From an uncultured bacterium (GTDB lineage: Bacteria > CSSED10-310 > CAZUFC01), in contig CAZUFC010000013.1 of NCBI GenBank assembly GCA_964619725.1, positions 1 to 64,000 on the forward strand: a DNA stretch of 64,000 nt. Reading direction: 5' to 3'. Below, one piece after another: positions 48,280-56,747 of this stretch. Below the pieces are notes generated by a model, which saw nothing but the letters and a program-made list of their open reading frames with translations, was not told the DNA's origin and did not search any database. Position 1 is the stretch's first letter, and each line of letters begins with the position of its first letter. Made by a program: the position numbers and the translations under genes.

Positions 48280-48661
48280 AGCGAGTCTGAGAGGCGATCG
48301 CCGTCATGTTCGCATGTCGGAGGAAAGTCCGAGCTCCGGAGAGCAAAGCGCCGGCTAACGGCCGGGAACCGCGAGGTTACGGAAAGTGCCGCAGAAAACA
48401 TACCGCCTAAGTCCAACGTTTTGAATAAGATTCGGACAAGGACCGGTAAGGGTGAAAAGGTGCGGTAAGAGCGCACCGCGTGTCCGGCGACGGTCACGGC
48501 AGGGCAAACCCCGCTTGGAGAAAGACCAAATAGGAGGACGCTTGAGGGCTGCTCGTCCGATGTCTTTGGGTAGGTCGTTAGAAGGATCGAGTAATCGATT
48601 CTCAAGATTAATGATCGCCGCCCTTCGAAGGGAACAGAACTCGGCTTATTGAAGGCTCGCT
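48280..48661 (+). ncRNA. rnpB: RNase P RNA, bacterial type A
   Basis: GAGGAAAGTCCGAGCT, GGAAAGTGCCGCAGAAA, GGGTGAAAAGGTGCGGTAAGAGCGCACC, ACAGAACTCGGCTTA; P1 pairing agcgagtct/aggctcgct. Confidence 0.97.
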
Positions 48662-48663
48662 TT

Positions 48664-48696
48664 ATGGTTGCGGTTGTCCGCAACCATTTTTATTTT
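48664..48696 (+). terminator. Intrinsic terminator after rnpB
   Basis: ATGGTTGCGG-ttgt-CCGCAACCAT followed by a T-tract. Confidence 0.8.
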
Positions 48697-48731
48697 GATA
48701 TATTTCTGAATGGCAGATGGAATAAAAAGGC

Positions 48732-49703
48732 ATGAGCAAAAAGGTCGGCATATGCAACGCATTGATGGACCGTCGTTATGTCAGGCGCTGGAGATCATTT
48801 CTGGAAAGTCTTGATTTTGATGTAATCGTATCTCCTGAAACAAATGTACAGATAAAAAATATGGGCCTTGAAAAGGCGACCGCTGAATGTTGTCTTCCGC
48901 TCAAGATTTTTTTTGGTCACTGTTGCAGTCTTAAAGACAGGGTTGATCATATCCTTGTACCCCGTTACGTCAGAATAACAAAAGGGACTTACATGTGCCC
49001 CGTATTTCTGGGATTGCCGGATATGGTTCGGGCGATTCTTTGCGATGATTCGATGATTTGGGAAATCAAGATCGATTTCCATACTGCCAAAAAAACGGAT
49101 GCCGGCCTCAGAGTATTCGCTGAAAAGGCGCAAAAGCCCCTGGCGGAAGTGAAAAAGGCTTTTAATAACTCCTTGGAGGAAATTCCGCAAGAAGCGACCC
49201 ACTGGTCGCCTTCAGAAAACAAAGACTTTTCTGAAGGACTTTACAAGAGAAAAAACTTACGTGTAGCGGTTATAGGCAGGCCGTACGTGATTTTTGATCC
49301 CGAATGCGGAGGAATGGCGGTAAAAATTCTGCAGGAAGAAGGATGTACGGTTTATTTTCCGAATTATACGGATGAGAAGGATAGGGAACGTTCATTGGAA
49401 TGTTTGGCCCGGCCCTTGTTCTGGTCGTCTGCGATTGAAACTGCAGGATCGGCTTTTCATATGCTGAGAGATTCGAATATCGACGGTATAGTTCATATTT
49501 CCAGTTTTGCATGCGGACCGGATTCCCTGGTAACGGCTCTGATAGGAAATCGAGCCGATGAATTGGGAGGCAAAACGCCTTTTTTGTCATTGATTGTTGA
49601 CGAACATTCGTCGGTTGAAGGGATAAGGACGCGTCTGGAAGCGTTTTTAGATATTCTTGACAGAATGCCTGATAATCAAACGGAAGACGAAAAGAGCGAC
49701 TGA
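48732..49703 (+). CDS. Acyl-CoA dehydratase activase-related protein (DUF2229-like)
   Basis: CLPLKIFFGH, CP.FLGLPD, GRPY, F.CGPD, DEH...G..TRLEAF. Confidence 0.85.
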   Translation: MSKKVGICNALMDRRYVRRWRSFLESLDFDVIVSPETNVQIKNMGLEKATAECCLPLKIFFGHCCSLKDRVDHILVPRYVRITKGTYMCPVFLGLPDMVRAILCDDSMIWEIKIDFHTAKKTDAGLRVFAEKAQKPLAEVKKAFNNSLEEIPQEATHWSPSENKDFSEGLYKRKNLRVAVIGRPYVIFDPECGGMAVKILQEEGCTVYFPNYTDEKDRERSLECLARPLFWSSAIETAGSAFHMLRDSNIDGIVHISSFACGPDSLVTALIGNRADELGGKTPFLSLIVDEHSSVEGIRTRLEAFLDILDRMPDNQTEDEKSD

Positions 49704-49716
49704 AAAGAGGCGAGAA

Positions 49717-51024
49717 GTGAATTTACGATTGGCTTTGGTATTTCCCTGGGACCAAATGGAGCCGTGGCGAGGCAAGAAATCTTCGTTCGTGTTTCCTCCC
49801 CTCGCTCTACCTCTGCTGGCGGCTCTAACTCCTCCGCACATTGATCTGAAAATCATCGACGAAGCCGTTGATCCGCTGAATTATCCTTATCCTGACTTTG
49901 ATGCCGTAGCTTTTTCTGTGGTTACGCCTTCAGCTCCCAGAGCCTATCAACTGGCGCAGATTTATCGGGAAAAAGGAGCCAAGATTATCATGGGCGGTCT
50001 TCATCCGACTGTGCTTCCTGATGAAAGCGGCAATTATGCGGATTCGGTCGTGATCGGGGAGGCTGAATTGATATGGAGACAATTATTGAACGATCTGGAA
50101 AACGATGAGTTGGCGCCTGTATACAAGAGTGCCGCAATGACTCCTCCGGAAATGATACCGTTCGCAGACAGATCGGGACTGAATCTGAGAAAATACGCCA
50201 TACCTTATACGGTACAAGCGACCAGAGGTTGTCCCTGGGGATGTTCCTTCTGCTGCACAACCAGACTTTTCGGTTCTAAAGTTCGGATGAGGCCTGTGGA
50301 TCAGGTGATTGAGGAAATAAAAAGTTTCCCGCGCAAGTTTTTCGTTTTTACTGATGATAACCTTTTCTTCGACAAGCGTTACGGGACTGAATTGGTCCAG
50401 GCTTTAAAACCCCTGAAAAAATGGTGGGTTACGCAAACGGATATGAGTCTCGCAAATCACCCCAATCTGATTAAATCAGCAGTTAATGCCGGCTTACTGG
50501 GCATTCTGGTGGGCTTTGAAACCATTCTTGAAGAAAACAGACGGGACATCGGAAAAGGAATCAAGAGTGCGGCTTTCTACAAAAACGCAGTGGAGGTTTT
50601 CCATCGTAACGGCCTGCTCGTTCAGGGTTCTTTCGTCGTCGGCTTCGACCACGACACTCCCGACATGTTTCCGAAATTGCTGCGTTTCTGCCGGGATTTG
50701 AAATTGGATACGGCCAACTTTTGCATTTTGACGCCACTGCCGGGTACCCGAATTTATGACAGGTTGAATTCCCAAAATCGTATAATTACCCCAGACTGGA
50801 AATTCTTCAATCGGCACTCGCTTGTTTTTCAACCTGAAAAATTAACTCCCCGGGAATTGCTCGAAGGCAGAAATTTTTTATACCGGAACTTCTATTCCTG
50901 GAAATCAATATGGAGAAGAAAACCCGGAAAATTACGTCATAACCTTTTTTATTGGACCTATAACATCAATTTCAGACGCGGAATCAGGGAAATTGTAAAC
51001 TTATCCCATAAGCTGGAGGACTGA
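49717..51024 (+). CDS. B12-binding domain radical SAM protein
   Basis: PPLAL..LAALTP, GGLHPT, GEAE, RGCPWGCSFC, DDN, TPLPGT; GTG start after GAGG SD. Confidence 0.92.
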   Translation: MNLRLALVFPWDQMEPWRGKKSSFVFPPLALPLLAALTPPHIDLKIIDEAVDPLNYPYPDFDAVAFSVVTPSAPRAYQLAQIYREKGAKIIMGGLHPTVLPDESGNYADSVVIGEAELIWRQLLNDLENDELAPVYKSAAMTPPEMIPFADRSGLNLRKYAIPYTVQATRGCPWGCSFCCTTRLFGSKVRMRPVDQVIEEIKSFPRKFFVFTDDNLFFDKRYGTELVQALKPLKKWWVTQTDMSLANHPNLIKSAVNAGLLGILVGFETILEENRRDIGKGIKSAAFYKNAVEVFHRNGLLVQGSFVVGFDHDTPDMFPKLLRFCRDLKLDTANFCILTPLPGTRIYDRLNSQNRIITPDWKFFNRHSLVFQPEKLTPRELLEGRNFLYRNFYSWKSIWRRKPGKLRHNLFYWTYNINFRRGIREIVNLSHKLED

Positions 51025-51115
51025 TATCTTTAAATTCTGATGAAAAAGTCAATAAACGCTCTCGACTCGCCATTCTCAATCGCATACAATAGTTCACAGA
51101 AGAGGTGAAGGGCTG

Positions 51116-52129
51116 ATGTCTTTGCATTTGAGTCGGTTTAAAATAAGCATCATTTTAATGGCGCTTATCGCTTGCACCGGCGTTCTTGGTTATGAAATTA
51201 TTGAGGGAATGTCGTTTCTGGATGCTGTTTACATGACTGTCATTACTTTGGCGACTGTCGGGTATCAGGAAGTCAAACCGCTCAGCGATGGAGGCAGAAT
51301 TTTTACTGTCGGTTTGATTCTCAGCGGCGCCATGCTGGCGGCTTACGTCGTGACAGCCTCAGCAAATATTATTTTTGAAGGGCGCCTGAAATCGTTTTAC
51401 CGGAGAAAATCCATGAAAAACAGAATTATGAATTTAAAGAATCATCATATTTTGGCCGGGTATAATCGCATCGGAGTGCAGGTCGGAAGAGAGTTCCATA
51501 GTCGCAAAACGGATTTTGTGGTCATTGAAAAAGACGCAGAAAAAGCCGAAGAACTGATGGAGAAAAACTTTCTGGTTGTAACGGGAGATGCGCTGGAGGA
51601 TGAAGTGCTGGTGGAAGCGGGGATTAAAAGAGCCAAAACGCTTATTACAGCCCTTACCGATGATGCGGATAATGTTTATGTTACGCTGACGGCTAAAAGC
51701 CTGAATCCGAATGTTATCGTCGTCGCACAGACAAACTCCGAAATGACCGCTAGAAAGCTCGGCCGGGCCGGCGCCGACAAAGTTATCCTGCCCTACGAGA
51801 TCGGCGGCAATATGATGGCGCTCGCTGCCATAAGACCTCACGTAACCGACTTGATCGAACTCACAACCGTAAGGCATGAATTGGACCTGGAAATAATGGG
51901 CGTTCAGGTCGAATCAGGTTCTGTTTTATGCCGAAAAACACTGGCTGATACTCGTTTGTCCAGAGAATTGGGATTGATCGTCATCGCAGTCAAAAAAGGG
52001 GAAGAAACCGTTTTCAATCCTTCCTTCGAAACTCTGATTGAAGACAAGGATATTCTGTTCGTCATTGGCAGCGAAAAACAACTCAGAAAATTGGAAAGAC
52101 TGGCTTTGAAATTAGATTCAGATGCCTGA
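51116..52129 (+). CDS. Potassium channel family protein (ion channel + RCK/TrkA-N and TrkA-C)
   Basis: Y..VITLATVGY pore, GDA....L..AGI.RA, C-terminal TrkA-C FNP. Confidence 0.92.
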   Translation: MSLHLSRFKISIILMALIACTGVLGYEIIEGMSFLDAVYMTVITLATVGYQEVKPLSDGGRIFTVGLILSGAMLAAYVVTASANIIFEGRLKSFYRRKSMKNRIMNLKNHHILAGYNRIGVQVGREFHSRKTDFVVIEKDAEKAEELMEKNFLVVTGDALEDEVLVEAGIKRAKTLITALTDDADNVYVTLTAKSLNPNVIVVAQTNSEMTARKLGRAGADKVILPYEIGGNMMALAAIRPHVTDLIELTTVRHELDLEIMGVQVESGSVLCRKTLADTRLSRELGLIVIAVKKGEETVFNPSFETLIEDKDILFVIGSEKQLRKLERLALKLDSDA

Positions 52130-52165
52130 AAAAATATACGCCCATTCTTCAGGACTGCCGCAGGA

Positions 52166-53122
52166 TTAATCCAGATTATACTTTTTTCTTTTTTCCAAAA
52201 GAGTTTTACGGTTGATCTTAAGGATTTCCGCTGCGCGGGTTTTATTCCCCCCCGTCTTTTCCAGAACACTTATAATGTAATGCTTTTCCAGCTCCTGAAG
52301 GCTCCAGTTCTGCATAGCCGCCGTTGAAATTAAATCCTCCTCGGGCGCATTTCGCGTAATCTGAATTTCATTCAGCGTGATACAACCGTCCTCCGATAAA
52401 AGAGTCGCTCTTTCCAGCACGTTGAAAAGCTGTCTGACATTTCCCGGCCAATGGTAATTCGCCAACGCTTTCATTATCTCAGGGTCCGCTCTTTTGAATA
52501 TTTTATTTTTCGTCCTGTCCTGACGGTCAAAAAATGCGCGAACCAGCAATGGTATATCGCTCAGTCGCTCTCTTAACGGAGGAATTCTTATAGGAAATAC
52601 GTTCAGAGTATAATAGAGTTCCTTTCTGAGGCGACCATGCTTGAGAGCCGTTTGAATATCCTCATTGCAGGCTGCTATTACCCGCGCTTTCAGCTTGATT
52701 ACATTGTGGCCGCCGAGTTTCCCGAACTCTCTGTCCTGGAGAACTCGCGCCAGTTTCGGCTGATATGAAGGCGGCATTGAAAGCACATTGTCCAAATACA
52801 ACGATCCTTCTTCAGCTATTTCAAATTTGCCGGCTTTCGATTCCACCGCTCCCGTAAAAGTTCCCTTTTCATGCCCGAATAATTCTGAATCCAGTAAAGA
52901 TTCGGGAATGGTCGAAAAATCTACTTTTACCATTGGAGATTCGCTGCGATATGATTGTTGATGAATGTATCGAGCCAGATGTTCTTTTCCGCAACCGGTC
53001 TCGCCTGAGATCAGAACAGTTGCGCTTGAATCCGCTACTTTGCTCACTGCCGATTTTATCTTGAGTATCTCTGAGTGGTTGCCGACAAATTTGATTCCTG
53101 CCGCTTTTTTTTTGTCCTTCAT
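52166..53122 (-). CDS. Sigma54-interaction-domain (NtrC-like AAA+) / Fis-HTH regulator lacking a sensory domain
   Basis: GETGCGKE, ELFGHEKGTFTGA, WPGNVRQL, GNKTRAAEILKINRKTL. Confidence 0.9.
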   Translation of the reverse strand: MKDKKKAAGIKFVGNHSEILKIKSAVSKVADSSATVLISGETGCGKEHLARYIHQQSYRSESPMVKVDFSTIPESLLDSELFGHEKGTFTGAVESKAGKFEIAEEGSLYLDNVLSMPPSYQPKLARVLQDREFGKLGGHNVIKLKARVIAACNEDIQTALKHGRLRKELYYTLNVFPIRIPPLRERLSDIPLLVRAFFDRQDRTKNKIFKRADPEIMKALANYHWPGNVRQLFNVLERATLLSEDGCITLNEIQITRNAPEEDLISTAAMQNWSLQELEKHYIISVLEKTGGNKTRAAEILKINRKTLLEKRKKYNLD

Positions 53123-53508
53123 TCTATATCATTCGTAATATCCGCAGTATGCAATTTTTTTTCGATCATATCTTCGAGCAGACGAGGCGCCTCCCGCCAT
53201 AAGTGTTCAAGATTGTAATATTCGCGCTTTTCCTTGATGAATACATGAATAACTACATCCACGTAATCCATCAGTACCCATTGGCCTTGCTCCTTTCCCT
53301 CTATATGACGCAACCTGTAGCCCTGCTCAGATAATTTCTCTTCCACTCTCTCGGCAATGGCCTTTACCTGTCTTTCAGAGTCGCCGGAACAAATAATGAA
53401 ATGATCAGTTATGGTTGAAAAGCCCTTTAAATCCAATACTGTAATATCGTCTGCCTTTTTTTCTGCTGCCGCTGAAACGGCGTATTCCAACAAATCTTGG
53501 TGTGAAAT
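53119..53508 (-). CDS. rsfS: Ribosome silencing factor (probable ATT start at 53508; first conventional start TTG 53493)
   Basis: KKADDI.VLD, D.FIICSG.S.RQV.AIA, WVLMDY.DVVIHVF, REYYNLE.LW. Confidence 0.93.
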   Translation of the reverse strand: MSHQDLLEYAVSAAAEKKADDITVLDLKGFSTITDHFIICSGDSERQVKAIAERVEEKLSEQGYRLRHIEGKEQGQWVLMDYVDVVIHVFIKEKREYYNLEHLWREAPRLLEDMIEKKLHTADITNDIE

Positions 53509-53655
53509 CGGAGTTACCTCCTATATGAGTTATTTTGTTGATCTCATCGAGGAACTGAAAAGATTCCCTCATAAATATAAACAAAACAAAAGGAAGTGTC
53601 AAATTGATTTCATCGAACGAAGTGATTTCTTCCCCAAATCTATTTCTCAGAAATC

Positions 53656-54330
53656 TTACGAATACAATCCGTGTTCTTTAATGTAAGTATATGTCTTCTC
53701 AGGAACAAGGTAGCGGAAACAGCGGTTCTCGCTGATTCGTTTCCTTATGCCGGAAGAGGAAACTTCGATGGATGATATACGAAAAAACCATATGCGGGTT
53801 GGATGGCGGCATTCCTTTGACAACAAAGTATTAGTATCCAAAGGTTTCATATTTTGTTCATCGAGGGAAAAATTCAATTTTTGCGTGAAATGACCCGGCA
53901 AGTTTTTCAGGTCCTTGATGTACCGGTTAGGCCTGGATGTGACAATAAAATGACAGGTTTTCAGCAGTTGCTCCCAGTCTTTCCAGGTATTGATCTCGGC
54001 GAAAGCATCAATGCCCAGGATGAAATAAAATTCAGCCTCCGGATTCGTTTTCATCAAATAATGAATCGTATCGATGGAATAGGAATAGCCGGGCCGTCTC
54101 GATTCGCAACGTTCTATTCTTAATCGTTCGTTGTTTTCGATGGCGGCTTCGACCATATTCGCCCTGTGCTTGAATGAAAGAACATCCGTTTGTTTTTTAT
54201 GAGGCGGCGATTTTGAGGGGATAAAAAGGACATGATCGAGTTTGAATATTTCAAGAGTTTCTTCGGATGATATAAGATGTCCGATATGGACCGGATCGAA
54301 AGTGCCTCCTAAAACTCCGATTTTTTTCAT
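53656..54330 (-). CDS. nadD: Nicotinate-nucleotide adenylyltransferase
   Basis: GGTFDPVHIGH, PPHK, SYSIDT, GIDAF...W, SSSGIR. Confidence 0.95.
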   Translation of the reverse strand: MKKIGVLGGTFDPVHIGHLISSEETLEIFKLDHVLFIPSKSPPHKKQTDVLSFKHRANMVEAAIENNERLRIERCESRRPGYSYSIDTIHYLMKTNPEAEFYFILGIDAFAEINTWKDWEQLLKTCHFIVTSRPNRYIKDLKNLPGHFTQKLNFSLDEQNMKPLDTNTLLSKECRHPTRIWFFRISSIEVSSSGIRKRISENRCFRYLVPEKTYTYIKEHGLYS

Positions 54331-54331
54331 C

Positions 54332-55354
54332 TTATTGATCGCTGTCTTTTGTAAGTCCTTCGTAAAGCTGCCAGACCTTTCCCAATAATTCCCGAACGCC
54401 CTTTCCCGTAACCGCTGAGATAGCCTGAAAAGCATAATCGCGGGAAAGAGCAAACTGACGCAACTTTTCCAGTTTCTCTTCATGCCCCGGTATATCGATT
54501 TTGGCGGCAACGATTATAAACGGCTTTTTCGCCAGATCAGCATGGTGCGATTTTAATTCTTCCTTGAGAATAACAAATTCGTCAACCGGTTGATTCGTGT
54601 TCGCCGGAGATACGTCAATCAAATGGAGAAGCGCCTCTGTTCTTTCCACATGCTTCAGGAATTGAAGCCCCAGACCGGCTCCCTTGTGAGCATTCTCGAT
54701 GATACCGGGAATATCGGCAAAAACGAGCTGTTTTTCATCTTTATATGTTACGATTCCGAGATTGGGGATTAGGGTCGTAAAAGGATACCCGGCAATTTTG
54801 GGTTTGGCTGCGGAAACGCAACTGATGAGCGTTGATTTTCCTGCATTGGGAAAACCGATTAATCCGATGTTAGCTAAAAGCTTCAATTCCAGTCTTATTT
54901 TTCTGTACTGTCCGGGTTTGCCTTCTTCAGCATAGGTCGGCGTCTGATTCGTGGAAGAGGTAAAACGGGCGTTGCCTCGTCCGCCGCGGCCTCCTTGGGC
55001 GATTAAAACTTCCTTTCCGTCGCGATCTACATCGGCAATGATCGAACCTGTCTGTTCATCATATACCACGGTTCCTACAGGAGCCTGTAAAATCATAGGT
55101 TCGGCGCTTCTGCCTGTACTTTTTTTCCCTCTTCCCGGCTTGCCGTTTTCCGCCCAATAATGCATTTTATAATGATAATCCATCAGTGAGCTCATATGGG
55201 AATTGCCCTTGATTATCACATCTCCGCCTTTTCCTCCGTCGCCGCCGTCAGGACCGCCTTTAGGGACATACTTTTCCCTCCTGAAACCGACGCACCCGTC
55301 GCCTCCCTTGCCTGATTTAACTTCGATTACAGCCTCGTCGATGAATTTGCTCAT
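54332..55354 (-). CDS. obgE: GTPase ObgE
   Basis: FRREKYVPKGGPDGGDGG, GFPNAGKST, YPFTT, DIPG. Confidence 0.97.
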   Translation of the reverse strand: MSKFIDEAVIEVKSGKGGDGCVGFRREKYVPKGGPDGGDGGKGGDVIIKGNSHMSSLMDYHYKMHYWAENGKPGRGKKSTGRSAEPMILQAPVGTVVYDEQTGSIIADVDRDGKEVLIAQGGRGGRGNARFTSSTNQTPTYAEEGKPGQYRKIRLELKLLANIGLIGFPNAGKSTLISCVSAAKPKIAGYPFTTLIPNLGIVTYKDEKQLVFADIPGIIENAHKGAGLGLQFLKHVERTEALLHLIDVSPANTNQPVDEFVILKEELKSHHADLAKKPFIIVAAKIDIPGHEEKLEKLRQFALSRDYAFQAISAVTGKGVRELLGKVWQLYEGLTKDSDQ

Positions 55355-55362
55355 ATGCAAAT

Positions 55363-55393
55363 TAACCCCTTACCCATGAATGGGCAGGGGTTA
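55363..55393 (-). promoter_or_regulatory. Stem-loop between rpmA and obgE that covers the obgE SD
   Basis: taacccctgcccat-tc-atgggtaaggggtta on the minus strand, ending about 9 nt before the ATG. Confidence 0.5.
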
Positions 55394-55414
55394 GAAATAT
55401 TCGAAAAAAATTGC

Positions 55415-55675
55415 TCAGTTTACTCTGGGGTATACGCTGATCTTCTTGCGCAGCCGGCCGTGCTTCTCGAATGCCACGATTCCGTCGATTTTAGCGAATA
55501 AACTGTCGTCCTTGGCCTTGCCGACGTTTAACCCGGGGTAATATTTCGTTCCCCGCTGCCTTATCAAAATGCTTCCCGCAGTTACGAAATTTCCGCCGAA
55601 TCGCTTTATTCCGAGTCTCTGGGCGTTACTGTCCCGGCCGTTCCTTGAACTCCCCACACCTTTTTTGTGTGCCAT
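55415..55675 (-). CDS. rpmA: 50S ribosomal protein L27
   Basis: [21 protein letters not shown]. Confidence 0.98.
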   Translation of the reverse strand: MAHKKGVGSSRNGRDSNAQRLGIKRFGGNFVTAGSILIRQRGTKYYPGLNVGKAKDDSLFAKIDGIVAFEKHGRLRKKISVYPRVN

Positions 55676-55714
55676 TTTTTCGCTCCTTATGAATTAAAGC
55701 AATGATCCGAAAAC

Positions 55715-56254
55715 CTACTCGTTTTCCCTCTTTTCCTCTTCCGGAGCTTCCGATTCTTCTACGGATTCATCGGGAGACTCCATCTCCGGTTCTTCCGTCA
55801 CTTCTTCGGCCGCCTCTTCAGTCTCCGCTCCTGAAGATTCAGGCTCAGTATCGCCGGAATCCTCTATGCTTGCCGCAGATTCAGCTTCAGTCTTCGTTTC
55901 CTCAGCTTCTTCTTCAGCCGCAGGCGCTTCCTCCACTCCAAAAGGTCCCTGGATGGACTCAACCCTGATGCCTGTGAAAAGTTGTCTGTGACCTATTTTC
56001 CGACGATACTTCTTGCGGCGTTTCTTTTTTCCCACGATTATTTTTTTGCCTTTGCCCTGTTCAACGATCTTGGCGTTGACGACGGCATCCTCGATGACAG
56101 GCGAGCCTATCAACACGGTCTCATCGGTTCCTATCATAAGAACTCGGTCCAATTGAACGCTTGATCCCGGTTCACCTTCTATTCGCTCAATTCGAAGATA
56201 ATCATTGGGTTCGATCTTGTACTGTTTTCCACCTGTTTTGATGACAGCAAACAT
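55715..56254 (-). CDS. rplU: 50S ribosomal protein L21 with acidic C-terminal extension
   Basis: MFAVIKTGGKQY, KRRK.Y...GHRQ. Confidence 0.97.
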   Translation of the reverse strand: MFAVIKTGGKQYKIEPNDYLRIERIEGEPGSSVQLDRVLMIGTDETVLIGSPVIEDAVVNAKIVEQGKGKKIIVGKKKRRKKYRRKIGHRQLFTGIRVESIQGPFGVEEAPAAEEEAEETKTEAESAASIEDSGDTEPESSGAETEEAAEEVTEEPEMESPDESVEESEAPEEEKRENE

Positions 56255-56302
56255 TGTTCTTTACCTCCCCGTTAAAACCGCCAGGGTTAAAACGAATGTA
56301 TA

Positions 56303-56331
56303 ATCATAATTTCTGAAAATTGCGAAGTCAA
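56303..56331 (-). promoter_or_regulatory. Putative sigma70 promoter of the rplU operon
   Basis: TTGACT-N17-TATGAT. Confidence 0.6.
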
Positions 56332-56380
56332 GCCTTTTCAACACATTTCTCGCTCTTTAAACTCGGTTTAAAGTGATTTC

Positions 56381-56553
56381 GGGACTGATCAAAACGGGGT
56401 TACACTTCTTTCAAGACTTTTGATAGTTTGTTTCAGTAATAGGAGTCCTTATCGGGGTCGGGATCGAGTTCGCAATCGAAATCGAAATCGAAACAAAATG
56501 ATGGAAGATTCTGTCGAATTGTAACCGCAAAAGACCTGTTTTTGATCAATGCC
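56381..56553 (+). repeat. MITE/REP-like non-coding element, copy 2
   Basis: gggactgatcaaa...tttgatcaatgcc termini; internal ATCGRR hexamer run; matches 37..195 in inverted orientation. Confidence 0.8.
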
Positions 56554-56747
56554 GTAACTTTTCTTCACTAAATTAACCTGTCGCTGTTCAGAATCTGATT
56601 CGACACAGCAATTCATATTGCGGTTTTTTTCCTTGCCGCTTATTATTCTTAACAGGGCAGGTAATTTCTCTGCTGCAGCGCCGTGCGAATTATGGACGGT
56701 TCATTGCGCCGGCGTAAATATGAAGTTGAATCCCTGGAGGAAAGATA

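Noticed and set aside
48246-48683. ORFs overlapping rnpB on both strands
   Set aside because: Region is fully explained by RNase P RNA
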